From Halorarum halobium (GTDB lineage: Archaea > Halobacteriota > Halobacteria > Halobacteriales > Haloferacaceae): 64,000 nucleotides of DNA. Made by a program: the position numbers and the translations under genes. The notes below the pieces were generated by a model. It was not told the DNA's origin. It ran no database searches and saw only the letters and a program-made list of their open reading frames with translations. Below, piece by piece: positions 49,819 to 58,653 of the stretch. The DNA lies in NCBI RefSeq assembly GCF_032116555.1, contig NZ_CP134949.1, positions 2,418,001 to 2,482,000 on the forward strand. Reading direction: 5' to 3'. The number at the start of each line of letters is the position of its first letter. Position 1 is the stretch's first letter.

Positions 49819-50109
49819 TGGGTCCGATCGAAGTCCTCATCACTATCGGGTTTGGCTCTAGGACCACAGTAGTCAGGAGGTTGAGATCATCCCAAGGTCG
49901 ATAGAGGGAGTTTCTACATCATTCAGCGCGTTGAACTATCCCATATTTGCAAAGAGCGGCGTGCTGGGAGCGATCAGTTACGAATCGAGCTACTCGCGTG
50001 GAAATGATCTCCGACAGTCTGCGGGATGAACGCGACGACGAACGTCACTCCGTTCGGGTTCAGGACGGTGATCAGCGAGGCACCTCACTGGTAGATTCAG
50101 GTGTGCCAC

Positions 50110-50427
50110 TTAGTACTCTCGTTGCTCCCTTACCTCATAATGTTGCGCACGGTCATCGAATCGAGTGAGGACTTCACGCGCGTCCGAGGGGACGTACGCG
50201 GTCTCGTAATCGTCCCCCGCAAACTCCGTTACGGAGTTCATCGATTCGAACCGCATGATGGTGATGAATTCGACTTCGTCGTCGCGGGAGCGCCGTAGCA
50301 GTCTGATACCGTAATAGCCGTCGACATCTTTGTCGGCGATCCCCGGAAAAATCTCCTCTTGCAGAAGCCGCTCGTACTCGTCCGCGTTCTCCAGGTCGGT
50401 CCATCCGTGCCAAATTCGTTCGATCAT
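50110..50427 (-). CDS. Antibiotic biosynthesis monooxygenase (ABM)-like protein
   Basis: IERIWHGWT...ADEYE...EFITIMRFES...FAGDDYETAYVP. Confidence 0.85.
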   Translation of the reverse strand: MIERIWHGWTDLENADEYERLLQEEIFPGIADKDVDGYYGIRLLRRSRDDEVEFITIMRFESMNSVTEFAGDDYETAYVPSDAREVLTRFDDRAQHYEVREQREY

Positions 50428-50669
50428 CTGAAATCTCGTCGGTCGTAGTTTATCACACGACTCGGTTCTTAGTTGATTCTATTCGCTTCCACATCGATCC
50501 TGAGCTGGAGCGTTCCTTGACCCTCCGATTTGAGCACTCGGCCTCAGGCAAGCGCTACTAGAGCGGCGCGTCTCCGCAATTCATCGCCTGATTGGCTCTG
50601 ACTCGGCGACGAATTTCTTCACGATGACGCTGTTGCCGGGGGATCTCAGTGAAACGGGAATCGTTACCT

Positions 50670-51089
50670 CTAGTGGTTGCCATCAAAGTTCAACTGCCAG
50701 GAAACGCCGAACTCGTCGGCGACCCAGCCGAATTTCTCGCTGAACGGATACGAGTCAAGCGGCATGAAGACGTCTCCGCCGTCGGACAGTTCGGCGAAGA
50801 GTTCGTCGATCTCCGCTTCCGTCTCGCAGTTCACGTACAGCGATATCGCGGGCGTAAATTCCCACTCGTGTTCGACGCTACTGTCGATACACATGTACGG
50901 TTCCCCGTTCAGCGTGAACGTCGCTTGCTTGACCGTCCCTTCGACGCCCTCTTCGTCCGCTCCGTACTTGGTGAGGTTCGTCACCTCCGAATCGTCGAAC
51001 AGCGACGTGTAGACGTTCATCGCCTCTTCGGCCTCCCCTTCGAACGTCAGGAAGGGAGTGATCTTTCGACTGGTGGTGGAATCAATCAT
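50670..51089 (-). CDS. VOC family (PhnB-like) protein
   Basis: ITPFLTFEGEAEEAM...FTPAISL...FGWVADEFGVSWQL. Confidence 0.9.
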   Translation of the reverse strand: MIDSTTSRKITPFLTFEGEAEEAMNVYTSLFDDSEVTNLTKYGADEEGVEGTVKQATFTLNGEPYMCIDSSVEHEWEFTPAISLYVNCETEAEIDELFAELSDGGDVFMPLDSYPFSEKFGWVADEFGVSWQLNFDGNH

Positions 51090-51196
51090 GGTGAGTTCTC
51101 CTTTGTGCCGTGTGCCGTCTCGATCGTGTGTCTAAGCGCCATCCCTGATTCGGCCGTTTCCTGTGTGCGTTCCGTAACTGTTCGGATACGTATCAT
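51086..51196 (-). CDS. 36-aa linker mini-ORF coupled at both ends
   Basis: ATGA overlap with the SRPBCC stop and ATGA overlap with the VOC start; internal AAGGAG. Confidence 0.45.
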   Translation of the reverse strand: MIRIRTVTERTQETAESGMALRHTIETAHGTKENSP

Positions 51197-51678
51197 TCGT
51201 CCGTAGTTTCGATCCGGGTTTCGAGCAGGTCGAACATCTCGACCCAGCCCTCCTCACTTTCGCGCTTGTACTCCTCAGCCTGCTCCGGCGGCCATGAGAG
51301 CCCCTCTTGAGTGAACGTCATCACACAGCCGTCGCCGTCTGCCTCGAATTCGACGACGATTCGATCCTCGTCGGGCGAGAATTGGGGCATGGCGAAGGTA
51401 AAGACCAGCCGGTTTGGCCGGTCGATCTCCTCGTACTCGCCGATGGCCGTGTAGTCCTCACCCCCGCGCCGGTCGGTGATGGTGTACGACCCGCCGACCC
51501 GGGCGTCGATCTCGATTTCCTGGTTCGTCTCCGGCGTGGTGAACAACCACTGCTCGACCGTCTCGGGGTCGATCCACGCGTCGAAGACGCGCTCCGGTGG
51601 CGCGTCGAACGTCCGGCTTAGGGTGAGGGTCGTGTCCATCGTTTCGATCTCGGTGTCGTCGGTTGCGTCGGGTGTCAT
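51193..51678 (-). CDS. SRPBCC (AHSA1-like) protein
   Basis: SRTFDAPPERVFDAWIDP...RPNRLVF...EGWVEMFDLL. Confidence 0.9.
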   Translation of the reverse strand: MTPDATDDTEIETMDTTLTLSRTFDAPPERVFDAWIDPETVEQWLFTTPETNQEIEIDARVGGSYTITDRRGGEDYTAIGEYEEIDRPNRLVFTFAMPQFSPDEDRIVVEFEADGDGCVMTFTQEGLSWPPEQAEEYKRESEEGWVEMFDLLETRIETTDE

Positions 51679-52013
51679 GCGTCGTCGTCCTCCAGATGGT
51701 CGTCGAGCGCGTCGAAGCGGTCCTCCCAGAAGACACGGTAGCGAGTCAACCAGCCGAATGCCTCGCCGAGCGGCGCGGCGTCGAGGTGACACCGGCGGAC
51801 TCGCCCATCTTCCTCGACCTCGATGAGATTCGAGTCATCGAGGGCCTGGAGGTGTTTGGACACCGCGGCCAGCGAGACGTCGTGAGGTTCGGCGAGCTCG
51901 GAGACGCTCTTGGGGCCGCTGGCGAGTTGCTCGATGAGCGCTCGCCGCGTCGGGTGGGACAGCGCCTGGAACACTGCGTCGAGGTCCAGGTCATCCGTCT
52001 GTCGTTCAACCAT
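51675..52013 (-). CDS. ArsR family regulator, close paralogue of 24780-25118
   Basis: DDLDLDAVFQAL...HDVSLAAVSKHL...EEDGRVRRCHLDAAPL.EAFGWLTRYRV. Confidence 0.92.
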   Translation of the reverse strand: MVERQTDDLDLDAVFQALSHPTRRALIEQLASGPKSVSELAEPHDVSLAAVSKHLQALDDSNLIEVEEDGRVRRCHLDAAPLGEAFGWLTRYRVFWEDRFDALDDHLEDDDA

Positions 52014-52057
52014 CCAGTTGAACGTCAGCCCCGCAAATATTTAACTATGCCGTTGAA
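52005..52057. promoter_or_regulatory. Tandem ArsR operator palindromes (TTCAACC-N4-AGTTGAA, TTTAACT-N4-CGTTGAA)
   Basis: Same arrangement as 25110-25163. Confidence 0.7.
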
Positions 52058-52143
52058 TACTGGTTCGATCGCTTTCCGGCATCAAGGAGAGGATTACATG
52101 TTCACCATACCCTCTCTACTCGGGGCAGCGAGTAGGGAGCGCG

Positions 52144-52290
52144 ATGACCGACGCGAACGAGCGCATGATAGAACGGGTCGACGATGATCTGTGGAACGGC
52201 ATTCGCTCTGAGACGACGGATGAACTGGTCAACGGGGCGTCCGTCATCCATGCCCGAAATCTCGCCGAGGAATTACGGGAGAAGAATATT
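52144..52290 (+). pseudogene. SnoaL-like ester cyclase N-terminal remnant
   Basis: MTDANERMIERVDDDLWNG...ELV...VIHARNLAEEL parallels 47692; motif GATTACATGTTCAC 39 bp upstream. Confidence 0.65.
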
Positions 52291-52618
52291 GACGCGCTCA
52301 TCCCTACCAGCACCAGGTCTAGGACGTGCTCGGCGATCACGGGAGATTGCATCTGGGGACATCTAGCAGAAATACCGACAGTGGGTCGAGGATCCGAAGG
52401 CCGTCGGACGATCCGGAACTATCTCGACAAGCTGGAGCGGTACGTCGTGTGAGTTCGTGATCGGTCGTGGTTCGTCCCGTCCTGAGAGCTGTTCCCGCCA
52501 GTCTGGAATCCCGCGAGAACCGTCCTGCCGACGTATCGAAGCCGATCGCGTTTCACCCGAAGAACGGGGCGCGTACCGGCGTGTCCACAGCACGGCGTCC
52601 GCGCCACCCCACCCTGTC

Positions 52619-52774
52619 TCACAGGACCACGTACAGTCCGACGGCGAGGAAGCTGAACGCCAGCAGCAGCAACAGCAGCACGAACAGCGCGAGCACCGGT
52701 TCGCTGCTCGCGCCGGAAACGACGCGCTCCGTGACGGAGTCAGCGTCGTCCTCCCCCGGTCCCCGCTCGCTCAT
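52619..52774 (-). CDS. Small single-TM protein
   Basis: Acidic N-terminus followed by a long hydrophobic helix. Confidence 0.55.
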   Translation of the reverse strand: MSERGPGEDDADSVTERVVSGASSEPVLALFVLLLLLLAFSFLAVGLYVVL

Positions 52775-52869
52775 ACCGGGTCGTTCGCGGGAACCGAATA
52801 AACTCCACCGACTCCGGCGACGACGGGCCGGACCGTTCGGGCGGACGGCTCGGGACGACGCCCGGGCGG

Positions 52870-53235
52870 TCACGGTCCCACGACCAGAAGTCGGCCGAGG
52901 GCCGCGCCGGCGAGCGCGGCGACCAGCGTCCCCACGCCGAAGAGCACGAGAGTGCGCCACCGGCGCGACGCCAGCAGATCGTGGAGTTCGACCGCGAACG
53001 TCGAGTACGTCGTGAACGCGCCACAGAACCCGGTGCCCGCGAGCAGCGCCAGCGTCGTCGGGTAGCCCGCCGAGACGGCCCCGCCGACCGCGCCCAGCAC
53101 GAGGCTGCCGAGGACGTTCACCAGCGCGGTCGCACGGCGGCTCGGAAGCCGCTGTCCGACGAGGAACCGGCCGGCCGCTCCGAGCGCGCCCCCGACCGCG
53201 ACGAGCAGGGCCGGCACCGCCCCGTCCGGGATCAT
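52870..53235 (-). CDS. crcB: Fluoride channel Fluc/CrcB
   Basis: GGALGAAGRF, VNVLGS, GFCGAFTTYSTF. Confidence 0.92.
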   Translation of the reverse strand: MIPDGAVPALLVAVGGALGAAGRFLVGQRLPSRRATALVNVLGSLVLGAVGGAVSAGYPTTLALLAGTGFCGAFTTYSTFAVELHDLLASRRWRTLVLFGVGTLVAALAGAALGRLLVVGP

Positions 53236-53573
53236 CGCCACCTCCCGACGGTGACGCCCGCCGCGGCGGCGGCGACGCCGAGCCCGTAGGTGAGGCCGAC
53301 GTAGACGACGCCGGCCGTCCCGCCGAGCGCGGAGGCGTCGACCGCGAACGTGCTGTAGGTCGTGAACGACGAGCAGAGCCCGGTCGCCGCGAACAGGCGG
53401 ACGCGGTCGGGGAGGAGCGCGACCGTGATGAGTCCGAGGGCGAAGCTCCCGAGGACGTTGACGAGCAGCGTCCCTGCCGGGCCGCCGACCGCGACGTCGA
53501 CGCCGTACCGGAGGAGCGCGCCGACCGCCCCGCCGGCCGCGACGAGGGCGAGTGCCGCGATTCGTCCGCGCAT
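53232..53573 (-). CDS. crcB: Fluoride channel Fluc/CrcB (heterodimer partner)
   Basis: GGAVGALLRY, GTLLVNVLGS, GLCSSFTTYSTF. Confidence 0.92.
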   Translation of the reverse strand: MRGRIAALALVAAGGAVGALLRYGVDVAVGGPAGTLLVNVLGSFALGLITVALLPDRVRLFAATGLCSSFTTYSTFAVDASALGGTAGVVYVGLTYGLGVAAAAAGVTVGRWR

Positions 53574-53595
53574 CGGCAGTTTCGTCGGGGTCACA

Positions 53596-54663
53596 CTATT
53601 CGGGGGTTCCGGTTCGGTCGCGCGAGCGGGCTCTCGGTTCTCCGGGGACCATCGCCGACGCGCGGGGTGAGTCGCCGTCGTGGCGCGTCTCCCTGGTCCT
53701 GATCCGGACCGAGTGGGCCGACTCCGTGGCGTCGTCGACGACGACCGCCTCACCCACGTCGAGCGCGAGGCGGTCCGCGACCTCCTCCTCGAGCAGCGCC
53801 GGATGAGCGTCCACGAGCGCGTCGAGATCGGCGCGTGTCGTCAGCCGGTGCGCGACGAGCAGGTCGGCCTGCGAGCGCGCGACCGACGGGAGCGCGCGCG
53901 GCCGCTGGGTCGCACAGATCAGCGAGACGCCGGGGGACCGCCCCCTGGTCAGCAGCGTTCCCAGCGCGGGCCCGGCCAGGCCGTCGAAGCAGACGTGGGC
54001 CTCGTCGAGGAACAGCCAGGGGAGTCGGTCGAGTTCGCCGCCGACGGCGGCGCGATACAGTCCGGAGGCGATCGCACGACAGATCGCGTTCGTCGCCGCC
54101 GCGGGGAGCGCCGAACAGTCGAGGACGGTCGGTTCGCCGTCGTCGAGATCGGTCGCGCCGAGTCCGTCCGGGCTGAACACGTCCCAGGAGGCTGCCAGCG
54201 AAAGGTGATTGCGCCCCGCACGACGGACCGCCCGCTCGGCGTCCGCTTCCCGGAGCCACTCGATCGCCGCCCGGAGCGTCCCCGTCTCGGTGAACGCCCG
54301 CCAGACGAGCCCACCAACCTCGCTCGCCGGGTCGAGCTCGAGCAGCTCCGGCCACGCGGCGGGCGGGATCGCGTCGGCGCGGACGCGTGGGCGACGATGG
54401 ACCGTCCCCCCGCGTTCGACGAGTCCGGCGAACGCGTCCATCGGGTCGAGTACGACCGGGGCCAGTCCCGGGACGTCGGTGACCTCCTCCACCAGTACGC
54501 CGAGCGTGTACGACTTCCCGCTTCCGCGTTTGCCGACCACGAGGCCCGCGTGCGGGCGATCGAGATCGAGCGCGACGCGTCCGCCGGTACTCCCGTCGCG
54601 GGCGAGATAGCGCCCGAGATCGGCGGTCGGACCCTCCCCGTCGGTTCGGCCGATGACGTGCAC
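53596..54663 (-). CDS. HerA/FtsK-like (DUF87) ATPase
   Basis: GKRGSGKS, VLDPM, LFLDEAH, RGR, ATQRP. Confidence 0.88.
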   Translation of the reverse strand: MHVIGRTDGEGPTADLGRYLARDGSTGGRVALDLDRPHAGLVVGKRGSGKSYTLGVLVEEVTDVPGLAPVVLDPMDAFAGLVERGGTVHRRPRVRADAIPPAAWPELLELDPASEVGGLVWRAFTETGTLRAAIEWLREADAERAVRRAGRNHLSLAASWDVFSPDGLGATDLDDGEPTVLDCSALPAAATNAICRAIASGLYRAAVGGELDRLPWLFLDEAHVCFDGLAGPALGTLLTRGRSPGVSLICATQRPRALPSVARSQADLLVAHRLTTRADLDALVDAHPALLEEEVADRLALDVGEAVVVDDATESAHSVRIRTRETRHDGDSPRASAMVPGEPRARSRDRTGTPE

Positions 54664-54738
54664 GGGGGTGCTGGTCCCGGCTTCACTGAAGAACCCTCGT
54701 GCGAGGGTTCAAGTAGCGAACCGAGGCCAGGCCGGGGT

Positions 54739-55191
54739 ATGTCCGACGAACTGAGCGCACTGCTCCGTGACGAGCGCGCGATCGAAGGGTTGCCGGTCAG
54801 GCTCGTCATTGCGCTCGTGGTGGGCGTGGCGAGCCTGAGCGTGATGTTGAACATGGTCTCCGGGATCGGTGGGCTGGCGGTCAGCGAACTCGACGCACGG
54901 CCGAGCCCCGAGGTGACGACGCCCGGCGAGCAGAAACTGTCGATCACGGTCGTCGATGCCGACGGGAGCGCCGTCTCGGGCGCGACGGTGGTCGTGTCGG
55001 GCAGCACCGCCGAACTCGACGGGGTGGCGACCGCACGAACCGACGCGGACGGGCAGGCGAACGTGACCGTCTCACCGTCGCTCGGCCCGAACCAGGCCGA
55101 GGGGACGCTCGACATCGAGATCAAGCCGCCTGCGGGCGGATCCTACAGCGACAACCGGGGGAACACCAGGATCTTGATCGTCTCCGAGTGA
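54739..55191 (+). CDS. Class III signal peptide (pilin-like) protein with an Ig/transthyretin-like domain
   Basis: DERA/IEGLPVRLVIALVVG; VVDADGSAVSGATV...TDADGQA. Confidence 0.75.
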   Translation: MSDELSALLRDERAIEGLPVRLVIALVVGVASLSVMLNMVSGIGGLAVSELDARPSPEVTTPGEQKLSITVVDADGSAVSGATVVVSGSTAELDGVATARTDADGQANVTVSPSLGPNQAEGTLDIEIKPPAGGSYSDNRGNTRILIVSE

Positions 55192-56061
55192 GCGGTCCGC
55201 CACCGATCCGAGGCTGATTCCGGTCGAGTTCGGATCGATCCGAACGACGATACCGGGAGGATTAGCATGGCGACCAACGCCGAAGACGATTCGTGGGGTG
55301 AGAGGAACCGCACGAGTCGTTACCCCGGTCTGCACCCGGGAAGCGGAGTTCAATCTCGCGATCCGTTCCCCCACCATTCGGATCATTCTTGAAACTTTGG
55401 TAATCAGTAATCCTTCTTCATCGAGTATACTTTCGATGGCAGTGCGTTCCCGGGCGTGACGTGCACGGGTCGAAGTCTTCGGTGGGCAACCCGCAGCGAC
55501 GTCGCTTCGTACGGCGAACACGATCTCCACGTCGAAGTGACGGTTCGCACGGAGCCCGGACGGGACGTTTCGATCACCTCCGTGTTCCCGTCGGAAGACG
55601 TCTGACGTACGACGGGCTGTTAGTGACGGTTACGCGGCGGACTCGGAGCCACTCGTCGGTGAACTCGTCGGAAGGTTCCTCGACCGCAACGCGAGTCGGG
55701 TCGTCCGCTTGAGCGACTGTAAACCCGCCTTCTGAATCGAGTGTGGATGGTCTATCGACGCGGTTCGATTGCCAAATTACCAGTTATCAATACAGTATTA
55801 TAATCTTATATCTCTGCGAAGTCAGAACCGGGGCTTAATCTCCGGCTCGGTATTTCGTCCCGTTCTCGGAACTCTCACTCAACGCAGTCGTTCTCGTCGA
55901 CGAAGCGAGCATTCTCTGACATCGGTCATCGAAATCACCCGCCGCACCCCTCACGCTCGTCCGAGTACCGCTACCGTCAGAAATCTGGTCGTCATCGGAT
56001 CCCGACGGTCGGGTCCGTTTCGGGCGTCCCGGCACCGCTCCGAGGAACGCAGTCTGCCCGG

Positions 56062-57039
56062 TCAGCCAATCCGCCGACAGCAGGCAAGTGAGTCGTCCAG
56101 CGACTCGACGTACCCCGACTGTGGCGGGTCGAGGCTGCCTTCGACGACGCCGTCACTGTCGCCGTGCGCGTGGATGAATCGAAGGCCGCCGGTGCTCATC
56201 CCGACGTGACCCGGGAAGAAGAGGAGGTCGCCCGGCCGAAGCTCGTCCCGATCGACGCTCCTCCCGACCCGCCGCTGCTGATCCGAATCACGCGGAAGCA
56301 CCAGCCCGTGAACCCGGTAACTCGTCCAGACCAGCCCGGAGCAGTCGATGCCCTCGCTCGTCAGCCCGCCCCACCGGTACGGGGTGTCGAGGAACTGGCG
56401 TGCGGTCCGGACGACGGCCGCCCCGTCGACCGCTCCCGAGGGAGTCGTGACGGCCTCGTCCGGCACCGTCGTTTCGAGCCCGGTTCGGAAGCGAACGGTG
56501 CTCCCGGACCCGTTCGAAGCGCGTCCGAAACAGGCCGTTCCGGCAGGGAGAAACCCACCCGGGACGTCATCACGGGGGACGTCCCGACGCAGCACGTCGG
56601 ACGGGTCCCCGGACGTCGCCCGCTCCGTGAGGTGATCCGCCCGAACCCACCCGACGTATCCGTCCGCGACCCGAACTCGCCGCCAGTCGCCCGACGAGTC
56701 GAACGCGCGGACGGGGGAGGCGTACAGCGCGGCGGTCACCTGCTCGGCGGACGGGTCGGGCGCGGCGCGAACCGGGGACGAGCGTCGATCGACCGTCCGC
56801 GGGACGGCGTTCGATTCGAGCATCGTGATCTCCGATGCCGCCGGATCCACGTCTGCGTCCGTCCGGAGGAACTCGGCCAGTCGCCGCGCTTCGTCGTGTG
56901 TCGTGACCGTCGCGTCAACTCCGTACGGCGGGCCCGCCCCGTCGATCGAGCACGCCCACGCGCTCGTCCGCTCGTCCCCGAACGACCGGACGGCGAAGGA
57001 TTCGAGCGCCGATCGGAGGGCGGATTCGGATCGTGTCAT
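56062..57039 (-). CDS. SH3b-NlpC/P60 (C40) peptidase, YkfC-like
   Basis: PYRWGG, DCSG, PRD, GDLLFFPGHVG, FIHA; N-terminal WRRVRVADGYVGWV; no signal peptide. Confidence 0.9.
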   Translation of the reverse strand: MTRSESALRSALESFAVRSFGDERTSAWACSIDGAGPPYGVDATVTTHDEARRLAEFLRTDADVDPAASEITMLESNAVPRTVDRRSSPVRAAPDPSAEQVTAALYASPVRAFDSSGDWRRVRVADGYVGWVRADHLTERATSGDPSDVLRRDVPRDDVPGGFLPAGTACFGRASNGSGSTVRFRTGLETTVPDEAVTTPSGAVDGAAVVRTARQFLDTPYRWGGLTSEGIDCSGLVWTSYRVHGLVLPRDSDQQRRVGRSVDRDELRPGDLLFFPGHVGMSTGGLRFIHAHGDSDGVVEGSLDPPQSGYVESLDDSLACCRRIG

Positions 57040-57516
57040 ACCCTGGAAGAGCCAGCCAGATCCTTCATGCTTCGGTCGCGAGGGTGTGCGTGGGCCACAG
57101 CGCTACAAGCCACCCGGGGAGCCAGTGGGAGTCCGCCCCGCTCGCGTGGGCACGATGAGGTGAAGCAATGATCACTCGAATTAGTATTCTACAATCAAAT
57201 AATTCTCATGTTCCGTTCTCGTCGCCATCCGGGCAGTCCGAACCGACAGAGCTCGAATGCCGGCTTGAACCCCACGAACGGCTATTAGCTGTGGATTATC
57301 TCGTTGAAAACCACCATTTCTCCAACCTCCGAACCGAAATCGAACGTTCTGGTGGACGAGTCGAACCACGAATCCAGCGGAGACGAGCGTGACGATTCGA
57401 TCACGCCGCCTCCACGGACGAACAAGAACAATGATACGTTGTAGATATGAAAACTGATCGATCGGCACGCTGAGAGACACCGGTACTTATGTACGTCCCG
57501 GGGGCAGCCACGTGGT

Positions 57517-58338
57517 ATGGATCCAGCGGTCGACGGGGCGACGGTCGTCGTTACCGGCGGGGCGAGCGGGATCGGGCGGGCGACGGCTCGGGCGTACGCC
57601 GAACACGGTGCGACGGTCGTCATCGCGGACGTTGCCGTCGACGACGGCGAAGCCGCCGTCCGATCGATCACCGAGGACGGCGGGACGGCGACGTTCGTCG
57701 AGACCGACGTGACCGACCGCGAGCACGTGGCGAGCCTGCTGGACGCCGCCGCCGACGAGTTCGGCGGCGTGGACGTCGTGATCAGCAACGCCGGCGGCTC
57801 CGCCGGCGACGACGCGCTCCACCGGCTCGACGTCGAAACGTGGACCCGGATGATCGAGTTGAACCTCGGGAGCCACTTCCTGCTCGCCAGGGAGGCGCTG
57901 CCCCACCTGGTCGACTCCGAGATCGGCTCGATCACGTTCACGTCCTCCGTGAACGGCGTCACGGGCATCGGTCTGGTGGGGTATTCGGCCGCCAAGAGCG
58001 GGCTGTTCGGACTGTCGAGGGTGATCGCGGCCCAGTACGGTCGACACGGCGTCAGGTCGAACGTCGTCTGTCCGGGGACGATCCAGTCGGAGGCGCTCGC
58101 GGCGAAACGGGAGGCGGAGTGGTCCGAGGAGCTTCACGACCTGTGGTACGCCCAGTACCCGCTCGGGCGGTTCGGCCGACCGGAGGAGGTCGCGGACGCC
58201 ATGCTGTTCGTGGGTTCACGGCTGGGGAGTTTTCTGACCGGGACCGAGCTCGTCGTGGACGGCGGGCTCTCGACGTCGCTCGACGGGACCCTCCTCGACT
58301 CCATGTACGACCTGGAGGAACTTTCGCGGGACGATTGA
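57517..58338 (+). CDS. SDR family oxidoreductase
   Basis: TGGASGIG, SNAG, SSVNG, YSAAK. Confidence 0.92.
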   Translation: MDPAVDGATVVVTGGASGIGRATARAYAEHGATVVIADVAVDDGEAAVRSITEDGGTATFVETDVTDREHVASLLDAAADEFGGVDVVISNAGGSAGDDALHRLDVETWTRMIELNLGSHFLLAREALPHLVDSEIGSITFTSSVNGVTGIGLVGYSAAKSGLFGLSRVIAAQYGRHGVRSNVVCPGTIQSEALAAKREAEWSEELHDLWYAQYPLGRFGRPEEVADAMLFVGSRLGSFLTGTELVVDGGLSTSLDGTLLDSMYDLEELSRDD

Positions 58339-58547
58339 GCTCCGGGTCTGGTTCGGCCAGTCCCGCCGTTTCCGCATCGGTGAACTCGGCGTCGACGCCG
58401 GCGTTCCGTCGAAGCGGGGGAGCGATACACGTCCGGAATCGACACGGAAGCGGACGCTACATGGTGATTAGCGCGGTCGACCGTCACGCAGTCAATTACA
58501 GGTATATGTGTGTAATCCCGTTCCGGGGCGAGCCGGAGCGGGCGGGC

Positions 58548-58564
58548 TTTCACCGATGGTGAAA
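58548..58564. promoter_or_regulatory. Perfect palindrome TTTCACC-GAT-GGTGAAA, candidate IclR operator
   Basis: 90 bp upstream of the IclR gene. Confidence 0.5.
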
Positions 58565-58653
58565 CCGGCGGTCGCCCGGAGAATCGTCCGCCCGAATCGC
58601 GTGGGAGAAAGACCTTTCACCTCGACTCCTCATGAAAAACGCGTGACCTCGGC

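Noticed and set aside
53574..53595. Fluoride riboswitch upstream of crcB
   Set aside because: The intergenic gap is only 22 bp and no recognisable aptamer is present.
55192..56061. AT-richer intergenic stretch with broken acidic reading frames on the minus strand
   Set aside because: Probably a decayed gene, but no family is recognisable and no RNA structure can be supported.
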